Made by a program: the position numbers and the translations under genes. A model generated the notes under the pieces. It did not search any database. It had not been told where the DNA came from and worked only from the letters and a program-made list of their open reading frames with translations. From positions 2,046,001 through 2,110,000 of the forward strand of contig CATNEN010000010.1 in NCBI GenBank assembly GCA_950097015.1: a stretch of DNA of 64,000 bases, in the 5' to 3' direction. Source of the DNA: Macrostomum hystrix (lineage: Eukaryota > Animalia > Platyhelminthes). How positions within the stretch are numbered: position 1 is the first letter of the stretch; every line of letters starts with the position of its first letter. This document shows, piece by piece, positions 49,077 through 62,400 of the stretch.

Positions 49077-49719
49077 GGGTAATGTATCATCAACCAAACA
49101 AGAATGTGTATTTTTTTAACTTCAAACCTAAGCTACAGATTTTCTATTCAAGATATGATGATAAATCAAAAGCCAAGTTATAGAAAACAGTTACATCTTT
49201 CTAAAAAGTATCTGCCTTTGCTATTTTGTCAAATAGAAAAAAGTTATTCCTGCTTTTTATCTAAAACTGAACAATGATTTTCATGTATCTTCAAACCAAA
49301 CAGCGAATTTGATGTTTGGTTTTACTATTTGAGTGAGTGGTTTAATCTTATTTTTAAGGAGTGATCTATCATGAATTATGTCATTTGAAAGCATTTTTCA
49401 TGCTCTATAAATAACTACATTTATGGTCATTTAATTGGCAAGCAACCGCATACAATCTTTGTCTAAAGTACATACTGAAAAAATGTTGTTAAAAAGTATG
49501 CTTTTGCAATAAAAATTTCTACTGAAACATCAATATCTTTTTTTCCTCTTAATGCTTCATTGCACATCATGCCTCAGCTTGTAGATAATTTCTTCAACTT
49601 TCAAATTAGTTGTTCTGTGAAACACAATAGCTTGTTTCTATCTTGCACAAGACCAAGGAAGGAGTCAAAATTCTTGTTCGGTTTTGAAGATACACTGTTC
49701 GGTTGATGATACATTACCC
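49077..49719. mobile_element. Non-autonomous TIR element (MITE-like)
   Basis: GGGTAATGTATCATCAACCAAACA at 49077 matches the reverse complement of 49696-49719 at 23/24 positions; TA on both flanks; related TATCTTCAAACCAAACA internally. Confidence 0.65.
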
Positions 49720-52346
49720 TAATTCTTATAAAATAATAGTAACAAATAAGTAAGCCTGTAAGGTTGTTGACATTGACAACTGAGGACAACTGAGGACAAC
49801 TGAGGACAACTGAGGACATTGACAACTGACAACAAAAAGGAATAGAAAATTTCCTTTGTCTTATTGCCTATTTATCAGATATTTTACATTGGCAGAGAGG
49901 CTTGAGGCTTTGAAATTTAGACTTTATTATTTGAAAGATAATTTTGTAAGACAAAAAACTGTCATGCAATTAAATATCAAACTTGCATTTTACTTTTAAG
50001 CATTACAAAATAAAAATGTTTGCCTGCACTCTAGCCTTCCATTATTTTCATGCACCTGGTATGATCTTGACCAGGGCTTAATTTATGCATAGTCATCCAC
50101 ATTTTTTTTTATTCTAAACACAAGAAAATGTTGAAGGATTCAACTTGAAAAGTTCCTAAGTCCAGAAGACTTAGGGAGACGAAGACAAAAAAGACTGTCT
50201 TTTAACCCAAATAGGAAATACATGAAGCTATTATAACAAGTATTGTACACATCAGTTATGATATATGAGTATCATGTGGTAAATTTTGTGTTTCGATACT
50301 TTGTGTAATTTACCACTTTTATTCCCTATCCTGAATCATTTCCACTCTGCATTTTATAATTGTAGTACTCGTGTATGCCTGGTACAATTAATCGTAAGGG
50401 GTTTGGATAGTGGCCTTTTATTACGTACGCTTATTTAGCTCGATTTGAGCTAGATATACTTATTTAGCTAAAAAATAGATAGGGTATTTTGAAAATGAAC
50501 ACTTAAAGCAGCATATTATATTTTTTGGGTAATGAGTTTCAAATGAGATTCCTAGAATTCGATATTACAATCGATGCCAGTTTGAAATTCAGTATGTTTC
50601 TAGAATACCAATAGAACAAATTAATAATGCTAGAAAAAAGTAATATTTTTCTAAATAGTTTATTGGTCATCCTTTTGGCACAAAAAACGAGAAAAAAATC
50701 TGCGCTTTAAATGAATAGGCAATAGTATAAATGCTTGACGATATTTTGCTCCTGATATGTGCGACAGGAAATTCTAATTTGTTGTATTTGTTGTGATTTA
50801 ACGTGTGCAGGAGTTCGTTTAGTTAGACAAAACGATGGCATCACCGCTTACTTAATTATAAATATAAGTAAATATGAGGGGGGAAAGACTAAGTGATGAT
50901 ATAATTTGTACGATAGGTTTTGTATGAAGTTAGTGAATTGCGAAAATTGACTGGCAATCTGTCTCGTTGCTTTTACATTTGATAGATTAATTAAATTGCC
51001 TAGCTATTGCTCGTCTTAATTCAATCATGCCCGCTTCTCATTGAAATTCGCCATCAGTCAATGCGGCATGAGTGGAATTCGATTTGCAGTAGTCCTCATC
51101 TGGCGTTAAATTTCACCGAATCAGTGGATTGCCAGGATGCAAAATTAGCATATTTTACATGCTTCGAAATTGCCACTTGCTAAGGCTAAAATGATGACAC
51201 TGAATTGGCAGCAATAAAATTTGAGCATCACAGTTAAGTGCTCAGTTTTAAGAGGACAGCTGCTAAATATAGTTGTTTAGTTTTCTACCAAAATGACTAA
51301 CGCCATTCAGGAAGACCCCAGAGTGTTTTTAATGCTGACAGTGTAGCCGTGTTATTGCACGACGGAGACAAACATTTTGGACAGACTGGCCTTCGTCAAA
51401 ACTGTTTTGTTGAAACACAAAATTATAACAACAAATATGACCGTTGGTAGACAAGGTATAGTAGACACAAAATAAAACATGCTAATAAGTCATCGTTGTA
51501 TACTAAAGTACGAACTAATAATCTCTGTTAACTGGAGCCTGCTAATATAAATATATAGGTTGATGAAAGAGAATCTAAAACGTGCTGACAAATTTCATCA
51601 AGTGTCCGGTCAAACAAGCGAGATTTGAAGCGCCTTCAGTTGCGGAATTTCACTTCGGACGCAGAAATTTTTTGTTAAAAGTAAGCTTAAGGATGGGCCA
51701 TCAAGCCACAAGGAATGAAAAATAATATTTAACGATAGTTATGTTTAACGAACAACAAAGTGCACTGAATGTGCGTTGGGTATCATAATTTCATAATGTC
51801 ATAATGTGACTGGATTGTAAATGACTGCCAAAATGTGACACTTTGAAAATCACTCTTTTCACTTTCTTTTGGTCGGATCCTGGAAAAAATATTTTTTCAC
51901 ACAGGAAAGGATTTCAAGATCCTTCAAGGTGAAGAAACTTGAGTAGATCAAGCTAAAGACGCAAAAACTCAAAATCACGGTGGAGATCAGTCACGTGCTA
52001 GGTTTCAGGGGTTCCTGACTATGCATTTCTAAAAATAGCAGCAAATCAACCGAAGTGGCCCATCAAATTCTGAAGACCGGTGCGAACCAGAGATGGGTGT
52101 TGCGCCTCCCTAGCCAACCAGTTCTGGCAACTGTTAGGAAATAGATTTTCGATGTGCTCGTTAAAACTTGGATTTGATCGCAAATAATCGATAACTCTAC
52201 TAACAACACCTATGTTTTTTTACCCTTCAACTATATTCAGAATTCACCATTCGTCTTGTCACCATTCTCAAGAATCACAGAATCCCCCCAAACACGGATC
52301 CTCCATGTTTCACTCTCCGCTGTCATCGTTAAAGTTCTTGGTCTCC

Positions 52347-55300
52347 TCACTCCTCCGGATGACGGCAGAGGTGGCAGCGGGCCATTTCTTCGTCGTACTC
52401 CTCCAGCTGGATGGTGACCTCCGTGATGTTGAATTGGTCCCGCACGAGCATGCGAGCCTCCCTCAGGATCTTCTGGCTCTGCTGACCCTGCTGCGTGGCG
52501 CTCTTATCTGTGCCGAGAGAAATTCCAGCAGAAATATTAACAAGATTGTGTGCAATTTTGTAATGACCACCCCAAGGGGCTGCGGGCTCTGGATATTGTT
52601 CTGCGCATCCCAAAGACGTCTGGGGCACACACACGCACCCACCGATGCGTACGCAGGCACACACAGAGATCACCAGGGCGATCGTCCCCCAATTGTGCTT
52701 GTTTGAAAATGATTCTGATAAATGCACTTGGTAATCAACAAAACGCGATGAGCTTGGTTTTAGTTTATTATATACTATACTATTTATTGGCATTCACATG
52801 GCCAAATTTTGCTGGAATCGTCATTCGCAGTGAAAATCTGCTGCTCAAACACTGTTGCAAGAGTTCTCGGGCTCAGCAAATATCAAAGGCAGTGTTCTCT
52901 TATTTACAAAGACTGTTGGCTCGTCTCATGAATGGACTATTATTGTCGAATGGGAGCTGGCGATGTGGAAGGGCACCGAAGGGTTTTGGGGCGGAGCGGA
53001 GAGCGGAGAGGCAGATGAAAATGTCGAGAACTAAGGATGAAAACTGTATTGATAATGAGTGATTCGTGTCTGGAAGCAACTAGGAAAATGTGCACGGGTC
53101 TAAAGATGCAGCCAGGATGGGCTTTGCCCGGCCAAAGTTCTTTTCTGGCTATTTCATGGCTGGGAATCCGACGTCCTGCTTGAGTTTGCTCACAGTTGCA
53201 GTTTTTTCTCACAAACTTTTCGCTAAAATGCTTCACCTAAACGCCTCTAGAATAGACCCCCATATATGGTGGCAGCGGTGGGGTGTACTTTAGCTGAACT
53301 TGGCTAATTCTTTATCCTACACCATGAATGCCTTATCTGCCAGCCAACAAGCCAAACTTTCCCTCCTATTTTTTTCTCAACATGGTTTCATTTCAGGCCG
53401 CGAAATCGACCTGCAGCTGCTTTTATCTGCAGCGCTAGTTAACGCTCATTAATTCTCTGCTGCACTGGAAAAAAAGAAAAACTTTTAAAAGCCTGTAGCA
53501 TACTCCGACAGTCGGTGGCAGGCATGCCGATCCGAAGTGCCACACAGTTCTAATAAAGCTTAGCCACATGCTTGGCCGTGATCAGATAAGGGCTGCATCA
53601 AAAGGTCCGATTCCCAAGGGCTCTCAAGGAGAGCTGGATTGAGAAAGCTGGAGAGAGTGCACAAACAGGTCGAGTAGAAGTTCTCCCGGAGGACCATACA
53701 AATGCGGGAGCAAGGCTCTGGGTTTGAGGATTTGCTATGAAAAAGAGAGCGCCAGTCGGACCCGCAGAGCCGTTGTTTAGCACGGAGAGAATACTCAAAG
53801 CCAGTTCGCGAGTACTTTCGTAATTTAAGAAATAGATTGAAAGCGGGACTCAAACTGGCTTCTGTCAGCCGCCTCACTGATGGCCTCCGAGAAGAGAAAT
53901 GAGTTTGGGGCCGAAAAACGATTGCTTCACGCCCACGCCTCTTGCTCAATGGAGGCATTCAACTTACACCGAGACCAATTCCAAGCCGGTGGTTTTAGAA
54001 TGAGAAGAGCCAGATCGACAGATTGTAATACAGCGACGCATAAAAGGGCATGCGGAGCCTGATCGTGAAAGCTTAAGATATGCAGGGCCGCAGTACTCTT
54101 GAATATAAGTATGCTCCGTCTCCGTGTCTCCGTGCTGACAGTGAGTTCATTTGGAGAATAAATGCTCATGCTAATCATCAACCTTGATCAAGCTTTGCAT
54201 TGAGGGGAAGGAATCAGCACCACCAACTCACCGACGGCCAGGTGAACGGACAGTGCGGTGCGGCTGGTTGTGAGGCTCCACATGCGCAGGTTGTGCACGT
54301 CCTTGACACCCTCGATCCCGCTGAGGGCGGCAGCCACCTTGTTGAAATCGAGGCCCTGCGGAGCGCCCTCCATCAGCACGTACATGGCGTCCTTCAGCAC
54401 GGTGACGGTGGTGAACAGGACCAGGATCGAGAAGATGAAGGTGCAGATCGGGTCCGCGAGCTTGTAGCTTGGCTGGAATTGCAACATTTTGCTTATGTCA
54501 CAAAACGGAGAGAAACTTTGACAACTCCTCAATTTTAGCACCAATTGTGCAAAACTGACGAATCAGTTTGAGTCGCTTCTTCACGGCATCAAATTGTTGC
54601 AACAGGACAATACAGAGTAGATTATAGTTCGGAATCTCAATGGACCAGCAAACTAATTGTGATGGAGTTGTGTTAAAATGAGAACTGTTCAAACAAACTA
54701 ATTGTGATGGAGTTGTGTTAAAATGAGAACTGTTCAAACAAACTAATTGTGATGGAGTTGTGTTAAAATGAGAACTGTTCAAACAAACTAATTGTGATGG
54801 AGTTGTGTTAAAATGAGAACTGTTCAAACAAACTAATTGTGATGGAGTTGTGTTAAAATGAGAACTGTTCAAACAAACTAATTGTGATGGAGTTGTGTTA
54901 AAATGAGAACTGTTCAAACAAACTAATTGTGATGGAGTTGTGTTAAAATGAGAACTGTTCAAACAAACTAATTGTGATGGAGTTGTGTTAAAATGAGAAC
55001 TGTTCAAACAAACTAATTGTGATGGAGTTGTGTTAAAATGAGAACTGTTCAAACAAACTAATTGTGATGGAGTTGTGTTAAAATGAGAACTGTTCAAACA
55101 ATGTTCTGTGTTTTTTCGTTGTCTTTATGCATGGCGATAGTTTCTCATTTGTGTCAAGCTTGTTTAAGCTTAGTGGTAGATTGGTTTGGTGAGTTGGAAT
55201 TGAGTTAGTGAGAGGAATCTGACTTTTTCTTCAACTCAAATCAGTCTCGGGTGAGGAGCAGTACCCTGTTTGCAGGCGCATTAACCAGTGAATGCTGCAA

Positions 55301-56245
55301 GTACACCAACTTTAATAATTACAAAAATGGAAGCTGAATGTATCCAAGGACAGTGTATTGACTTAGTTATAAGCTGTAGGACTCAGGAAAATACTCGCTT
55401 GCAAAAAAAGTTGGAACCCAAACTCACATCATTTCCACAGCTCTTCATTGGCCATTGCAGTTCTTAAGTTCCAGACAAGAGCAAAAAATCATTGGGGCTT
55501 AACTACTCTGGTCTGGCTGTGCTGGGGCCAACAAACTAACTTGAGTGTAGCTCAGAGGCAGCAATCAATTCAGGCAAAGTATTGAGCGAGGCGCGAACCA
55601 CTGCGGAGACACTCCCTTTTTGGTGCTGCCCGGTGGACGTTGAAAAAATTCTTCCAGATGGAACGGAGGTGGGCTGGCCTGGCCGGTGTGAAAGTTAGAG
55701 ACAGGCTCGCGGCCAGCAGAGCAAATAAAGAGAGGCCCGCTTGCAGTTCTGCTCATTTCTGAGCAGTCCCAGCCACAAAAAATGATGGCTGGGGGTTCCT
55801 CAGCCTGCTGTTTGACATTTCCCACTCGGCCACCTCTTCCGTCGCTGCCCTGTCCGCTTCCCCAGGCAGCCGCTGCCATGAATTGCTTGTTCAATTATTC
55901 AATTCCCGGCTCTCCTCTATTTCTGATTCTGCGCAGTCGACTCTCTTGCCTCCCTTCATCGCGGTCACACACCGTGCCAGCCTCTCTCCTCGCCCAGCCT
56001 TCTTGTTTCGGCAGCTGAAGCTGCGCGAGCTAGCCATTGACCGAATAGCTTGGACTATACCGACTGATTTTTGTGCTCGGATTGAAACTGGGGGCATTGG
56101 CTACAGCGGGCTTGCTTTAGAAAACACCACACACACACACGCACACATACACACACTCACACACAGACTCACACACACACTCACACACACACACACACTC
56201 ACACACACACTCACACACACTCACACACAGACTCACACACACACA

Positions 56246-56291
<46 letters not shown>

Positions 56292-59207
56292 CACTCACAC
56301 ACACACGCACAACAGGAGCACTGGCAAAAGTATCTGAGACAGTGAGGCAGAAACAGCAATAGCCTCAGGCTTCATTCCAGGAAATCAACTAGCAACTTTG
56401 ATTCTGTGTGCTGCTGCTGCTGCTGAAAGCTAGTGACGGGAAGCAGGAGTAAGGCCGACCATCCCAGCTACAGCTGCAACCCTACTCACTTTTCATAGAT
56501 TTTTTGTTGTTTTAAATTCTAGTCCGTTTCGCATTTCTCTCTTTATTATTTGTTAAGCCTAACTTATTATTTTCTATTTGTGGTGAGCGAAAAACCTGAG
56601 AGGCAAGCGCATGTTCCTCTCACCCATCTCCAATGTTCCTCTCACCCATCTCCAATGTTTCTCTCACCCATCTCCAATGTTCCTCTCACCCATCTCCAAT
56701 GTTCCTCTCACCCATCTCCAATGTTCCTCTCACCCATCTCCAATGTTCCCCTCACCCATCTCCAATGTTCCTCTCACCCATCTCCAATGTTCCTCTCACC
56801 CATCTCCAATGTTCCTCTCACCCATCTCCAATGTTCCTCTCACCCATCTCCAATTTTCCTCTCACCCATCTCCCATGTTCCTCTCACCCATCTCCAATGT
56901 TCCTCTCACCCATCTCCCATGTTCTCAGCTCCTGTGCTGCAGCTAGACTACGGTATTGGGCCGGCCGGTCTGACAGTTTTCTAGGACAGGGAAGACTCCA
57001 AGGTAAAATCCATTTCCCCTTTCCACCGCATCGATTAGCTCCGTGGCAAGCAAATTAGCAGAGTGCACTTGAAATACGGCAGCCAATTTGGCTCCCCCCA
57101 GCAACCAAGTCAATGCCCAGCTGAGCAGTGTGAGACTACAGTGATGCTTATATCTTACGCTCTCGCACCTTCTCAGCCTCCAAAGGGCTGTTTATTTAGG
57201 CTCGACGGAAAAATCGATAGCTTTCTACTGGCACAATGAGAGGATGCTAAAGGATCGTGTTCTCATCCTGAAGTGCTCATCTCTGTTTGGTTAGTGTGTG
57301 CGGTTTTCTGATATCATTTTCATTCGCTAAGCCAACAATGTAATTCAGCTTCCTCTGAACTTTCTCTGTGTGTTCTCGCCTAAAAATTTCTTCTCAGCGT
57401 ACCTGGCTTTGTGCAAGTTACACCAGCAGCAGCAGCAGCAGCAGCAGCAGATCCGTGCCTTTGATCAGATTTCAACTTTCATAACCCGGTCCGCACCCCC
57501 CCCTGTTACCTGTCCTGCTATCCGCTCAGTACGCCTGTTTAAAAGCCAAAGTGCCTTACAGCAGTGAAGATATTTCTCATATCTTCCTCAAATATTTCTC
57601 ATATCTTCCTCAAATATTTCTCACATCTTCCTCAGATATTTCTCATATCTTCCTCAGATATTTCTCACATCTTCCTCAAATATTTCTCATATCTTCCTCA
57701 GATATTTCTCATATCTTCCTCAGATATTTCTCACATCTTCCTCAGATATTTCTCATATCTTCCTCAGATATTTCTCATATCTTCCTCAGATATTTCTCAT
57801 ATCTTCCTCAGATATTTCTCATATCTTCCTCAGATATTTCTCATATCTTCCTCAGATATTTCTCACATCTTCCTCAGATATTTCTCATATCTTCCTCAGA
57901 TATTCCTCATATCTTCCTCAGATATTTCTCGCATCTTCCTCAGATATTTCTCATATTCGTGCAAGCCGATAATCCACCCTTGAGGATCCATTTAGTGATG
58001 ATATTTGTTCCGCTGTCAGCAACAAGCAGATGAGGTGCAAGCTAAAGTACAATAATAAGCTGTAACCATCCCGCTGACCCTCATGCTTCAGTCAGTTTTG
58101 CTGCTAACAATACGGCCTACAGCGATGCCTCTGAGGCACTAAAGCATTCTGTTTGTTGCTATCTGGCCGATACTCCACATGTCTTTCACCTGCATTTCAA
58201 CCCATTTCATCTCAGAATGTATATTTGTACGCAACCCAACAGGATATTTAAGTGGGAATTTAAGTCCCACCCAGTACTGTGTCAGTGCTAGACTGTGTAA
58301 GGCTGTGTAAGTATACTTACAAAACGGTTATGGGCTGTTTTGGTGATGGCATTGTTAGTAAATTCTAATGGACTCTCTCATGGGCTTCTCATGGACTTCT
58401 CATGGACTTCTCATGGACTTCTCATGGACTTCTCATGGACTTCTCATGGACTTCTCATGGACTTCTCATGGACTTCTCATGGACTTCTCATGGACTTCTC
58501 ATGGACTTCTCATGGACTTCTCATGGACTTCTCATGGACGTCTCATGGGCTTATCATGGACTTCTCATGGACTTCTCATGGACTTCTCATGGACTTCTCA
58601 TGGACTTCTCATGGACTTCTCATGGACTTCTCATGGACTTCTCATGGACTTCTCATGGACTTCTCATGGACTTCTCATGGACTTCTCATGGACTTCTCAT
58701 GGACTTCTCATGGACTTCTCATGGACTTCTCATGGACTTCTCATGGACTTCTCATGGACTTCTCATGGACTTCTCATGGACTTCTCATGGACTTCTCATG
58801 GACGTCTCATGGACTTCTCATGGACTTCTCATGGACTTCTCATGGACTTCTCATGGACTTCTCATGGACTTCTCATGGACTTCTCATGGACTTCTCAGGG
58901 ACTTCTCATGGACTTCTCATGGATCCATCAAAGATTCTCACATTCACAAAGATAATGATGGCGGCCACCATGACGCCGACGCTCTGTATCAGGTCGCCAA
59001 CCACGTGGATGAAAGCAGCCCGCACATTCAGGTTGTGTCTGTGGCCTTTGGCGCCTCTGCAGCCGCTGCCGCCTTCCGTACCACCAGCGTCAGGCTGCTG
59101 CTGCTCAGGCGGTGGACTCAACGGGCGATTGGTGGCCACCGTGTGCGAGTGGGAATGCCCGTGCTGGTGCAGTGTGGCAGCCATTCTGTGGGTTTTGAGT
59201 CAGGGAC

Positions 59208-59249
<42 letters not shown>

Positions 59250-59261
59250 TTAATAATAATA

Positions 59262-59340
<79 letters not shown>

Positions 59341-59347
59341 TAATAAC

Positions 59348-59379
<32 letters not shown>

Positions 59380-59437
59380 AATAAAATAAATAATAATAAT
59401 AATAATAATAAAATAATAATAATAATACTAATAATAA

Positions 59438-59482
<45 letters not shown>

Positions 59483-62400
59483 TACAGGAGGGCTGAGACC
59501 CGCAGCTAGCGAGGAGACAATTCTGCCCATTTAGCTGACTCCTGAGCACACACGCACACTGATTCGACGCTGTACGCAAGCACACGCTCAAACTTAGGGA
59601 CCTGTGTGCGAGGGGCGAACGTGTTAACCGTTCTGCCACCGACCCCTCCTGACACACCCTGACTCCTCCTGACACACCCTGACTCCTCCTGACACACCCT
59701 GACTCCCCCTGACACACTCTGACTCCTCCTGACACACTCTGACTCCTCCTGACATACCCTGACTCCCCCTGACACACTCTGACTCCTCCTGACACACCCT
59801 GACTCCTCCTGACACACCCTGACTCCTCCTGACACACCCTGACTCCCCCTGACACACTCTGACTCCTCCTGACACACTCTGACTCCTCCTGACATACCCT
59901 GACTCCTCCTGACACACCCTGACTCCTCCTGACACACCCTGACTCCTCCTGACACACTCTGACTCCTCCTGACACACCCTGACTCCTCCTGACACACCCT
60001 GACTTCTCCTGACACACTCTGACTCCTCCTGACACACCCTGACTTCTCCTGACACACTCTGACTCCTCCTGACACACCTTGACTCCTCCTGACACACCCT
60101 GACTCCTCCTGACACACCCTGACTCCCCCTGACACACTCTGACTCCTTCTGACACACTCTGACTCCCCCTGACACACTCTGACTCCTTCTGACACACCAC
60201 GGCTCTACCCCGACTCCACCTGAAACTCCATGACTCCTAATCTGACACCCTTCTCCTTCCAGACACACCAGTTTCAATCTGTGCTCTCAAGTGATCTTGC
60301 CTCAAGTGAGACAGTGTCCAAACTAATCTGTCTGCCACTCAATAACGAGGCAGTTTTGCAAGGCCAGCAGCTCAGACAGACTCGATCATGTTGCGAGGCA
60401 ATTTTGCCCCGGGCAATGTTTCTCATCTCGAGCAGACTGCCAGTCTCAGATCATTAAGCCTGAGCTTTTTGTATCGACGAAAAGTTATCCTTGTAAGGAA
60501 ATTGTGGCACAAATTCTTTTTTTTATCTTTTGTTAATCTTCAGTCACAGTCACATATCAGTGCCCAGATACACACGCGCAAGGTTGTCATGGCAACCATT
60601 CAGTTAAGACTAGCAGATACATCATCAGCAGGTGTCCCACGCTTCCACAATTCAATTTGTCAATATCTCAAAAACTATTTTAATGCCATTGTTCTCGCTT
60701 TGATGATTGATGCCAACATTTAAGAAGTCCTTAAAGTGTCTTTCACCAACCTCAGTTCCTTCATAATATCATTCCCTTCACCTCAGGTACGTCAGTATGT
60801 CATTCCCTCTACCTCAGGTACTTAAGTATGTCATTCCCTCTACCTCAGGTACTTCAGTATGCCCTTCCCTCCACCTCAGGTACTTCAGTATGTCTTTGCC
60901 TCTACCTCAGGTACTTCAGTATGTCCTACCCTCCAACTCAGGTACGTCAGTATGTCCTTTACTCTACCTCAGGTACGTCAGTATGTCATTCCCTCCACCT
61001 CAGGTATGTCCTTCCCTCCACCTCAGGTACTTCAGTATGTCCTTGCCTCTACCTCAGGTACTTCAGTATGTCCTTCCCTCCACCTCAGGTACGTCAGTAT
61101 GTCATTCCCTCCACCTCAGATATGTCCTTCCCTCCACCTCAGGTATGCCCTTCCCTCCACCTCAGGTAGGTCTGTATGTCATTCCCTCCACCTCAGGAGC
61201 TTCAGTATGTCCTTCCCTCCACCTCAGGTACGTCAGTATGTCCTTCCCTCCACCTCAGGTACGTCAGTATGTCATTCCCTCCACCTCAGGTACGTCAGTA
61301 TGTCCTTCCCTCCACCTCAGGTACTTCAGTATGCCCTTCCCTCCACCTCAGGTACTTCAGTATGCTTTCATGGCATTTATGCCTCCACGGCCATTTTCTT
61401 ACATGACATTGAACACGACTCCGACCGAGGAGGTGATGAGCATGATTTTGCCGTTGACCTCAAAATGGCGGTGGATGCACCTCTCGACAGCCAGGTAGAA
61501 CAGCACGCCGGTCACCACCCAGATCATCAGCACTGACAGCAGGGCTCCGACAACCTCTGCAAATGCGTGGGAGCTCGTTCTTAGAAGCCTTAGTATTTCA
61601 GGAAATGTATAATATTTGCCTGTCTCGTTCTGTCATTTGTCTCGCTTTTCTGCTTCTCATTTAAAGTAAGCAGCTCGCGGAAAGTCATTTTCTGAAGCCT
61701 CGCATGGCACCTGTGGATTGCCTCCAATGCACGCATTTGTTTTCCTATTTTTTCGCTAAAAGCTCGACTCATTTTGTTTGCAGATCACAAGAAGAACTTC
61801 AGGTGCCTTCTCTCTTTTGCCTCTTCTTTTTTCTTCCGTCTTCTTCCCCTTCCGTCTTCTTCCCCTTCCGTCTTCTTCCCCTTCCGTCTTCTTTCCCTTC
61901 CGTCTTCTTTCCCTTCCGTCTTCTACCCCTTCTCTCTTCTTCCCTTTCCGTCTTCTTCCCCTTCCCTCTTCTTCACTTTCTCTCCTCTTCCCCTCTTTTC
62001 CTTATTCCGTTCCCCGATCCTGTAGTTTAGCTGTGGAGATATTGAACCTGCGCGGTGCCAGCCGAAGCTCATCGACTTCGTGGCGGGCCGGGCAGCCAGG
62101 TAGACAGCCAGTAGGCTGATCATGAAGCTGGCGAAGTCCGTGAGCAGGTGCGCCGCGTCGGTCATGATGGCCAAACTGCGGGCCATGGCTCCGCCTGCGG
62201 GTGAAGGTGACGATTGAGCAGCATTTGCTATTCACCGCGACACCTGCTCACCCAAACACCTGTTCTCCAAGATGAACAAGTCAACTGCTCTTGAAGGACT
62301 ATTCCTACAAACAAATTTTCTCTAAAGCACCAACGGTTCGCAATAAAACGCACAGATCACCAAAACACCTGTTCACTAAAACACCTGTTCACTAAAACAC

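Noticed and set aside
52940-54180. ORFs of 60-130 aa in the last ZnT intron (possible retroelement remnant or nested gene)
   Set aside because: No RT, integrase or other motif recognised
55565-56120. GC-rich unique segment in a ZnT intron (possible enhancer or nested exon)
   Set aside because: Nothing testable beyond composition; ORFs are short and motif-free
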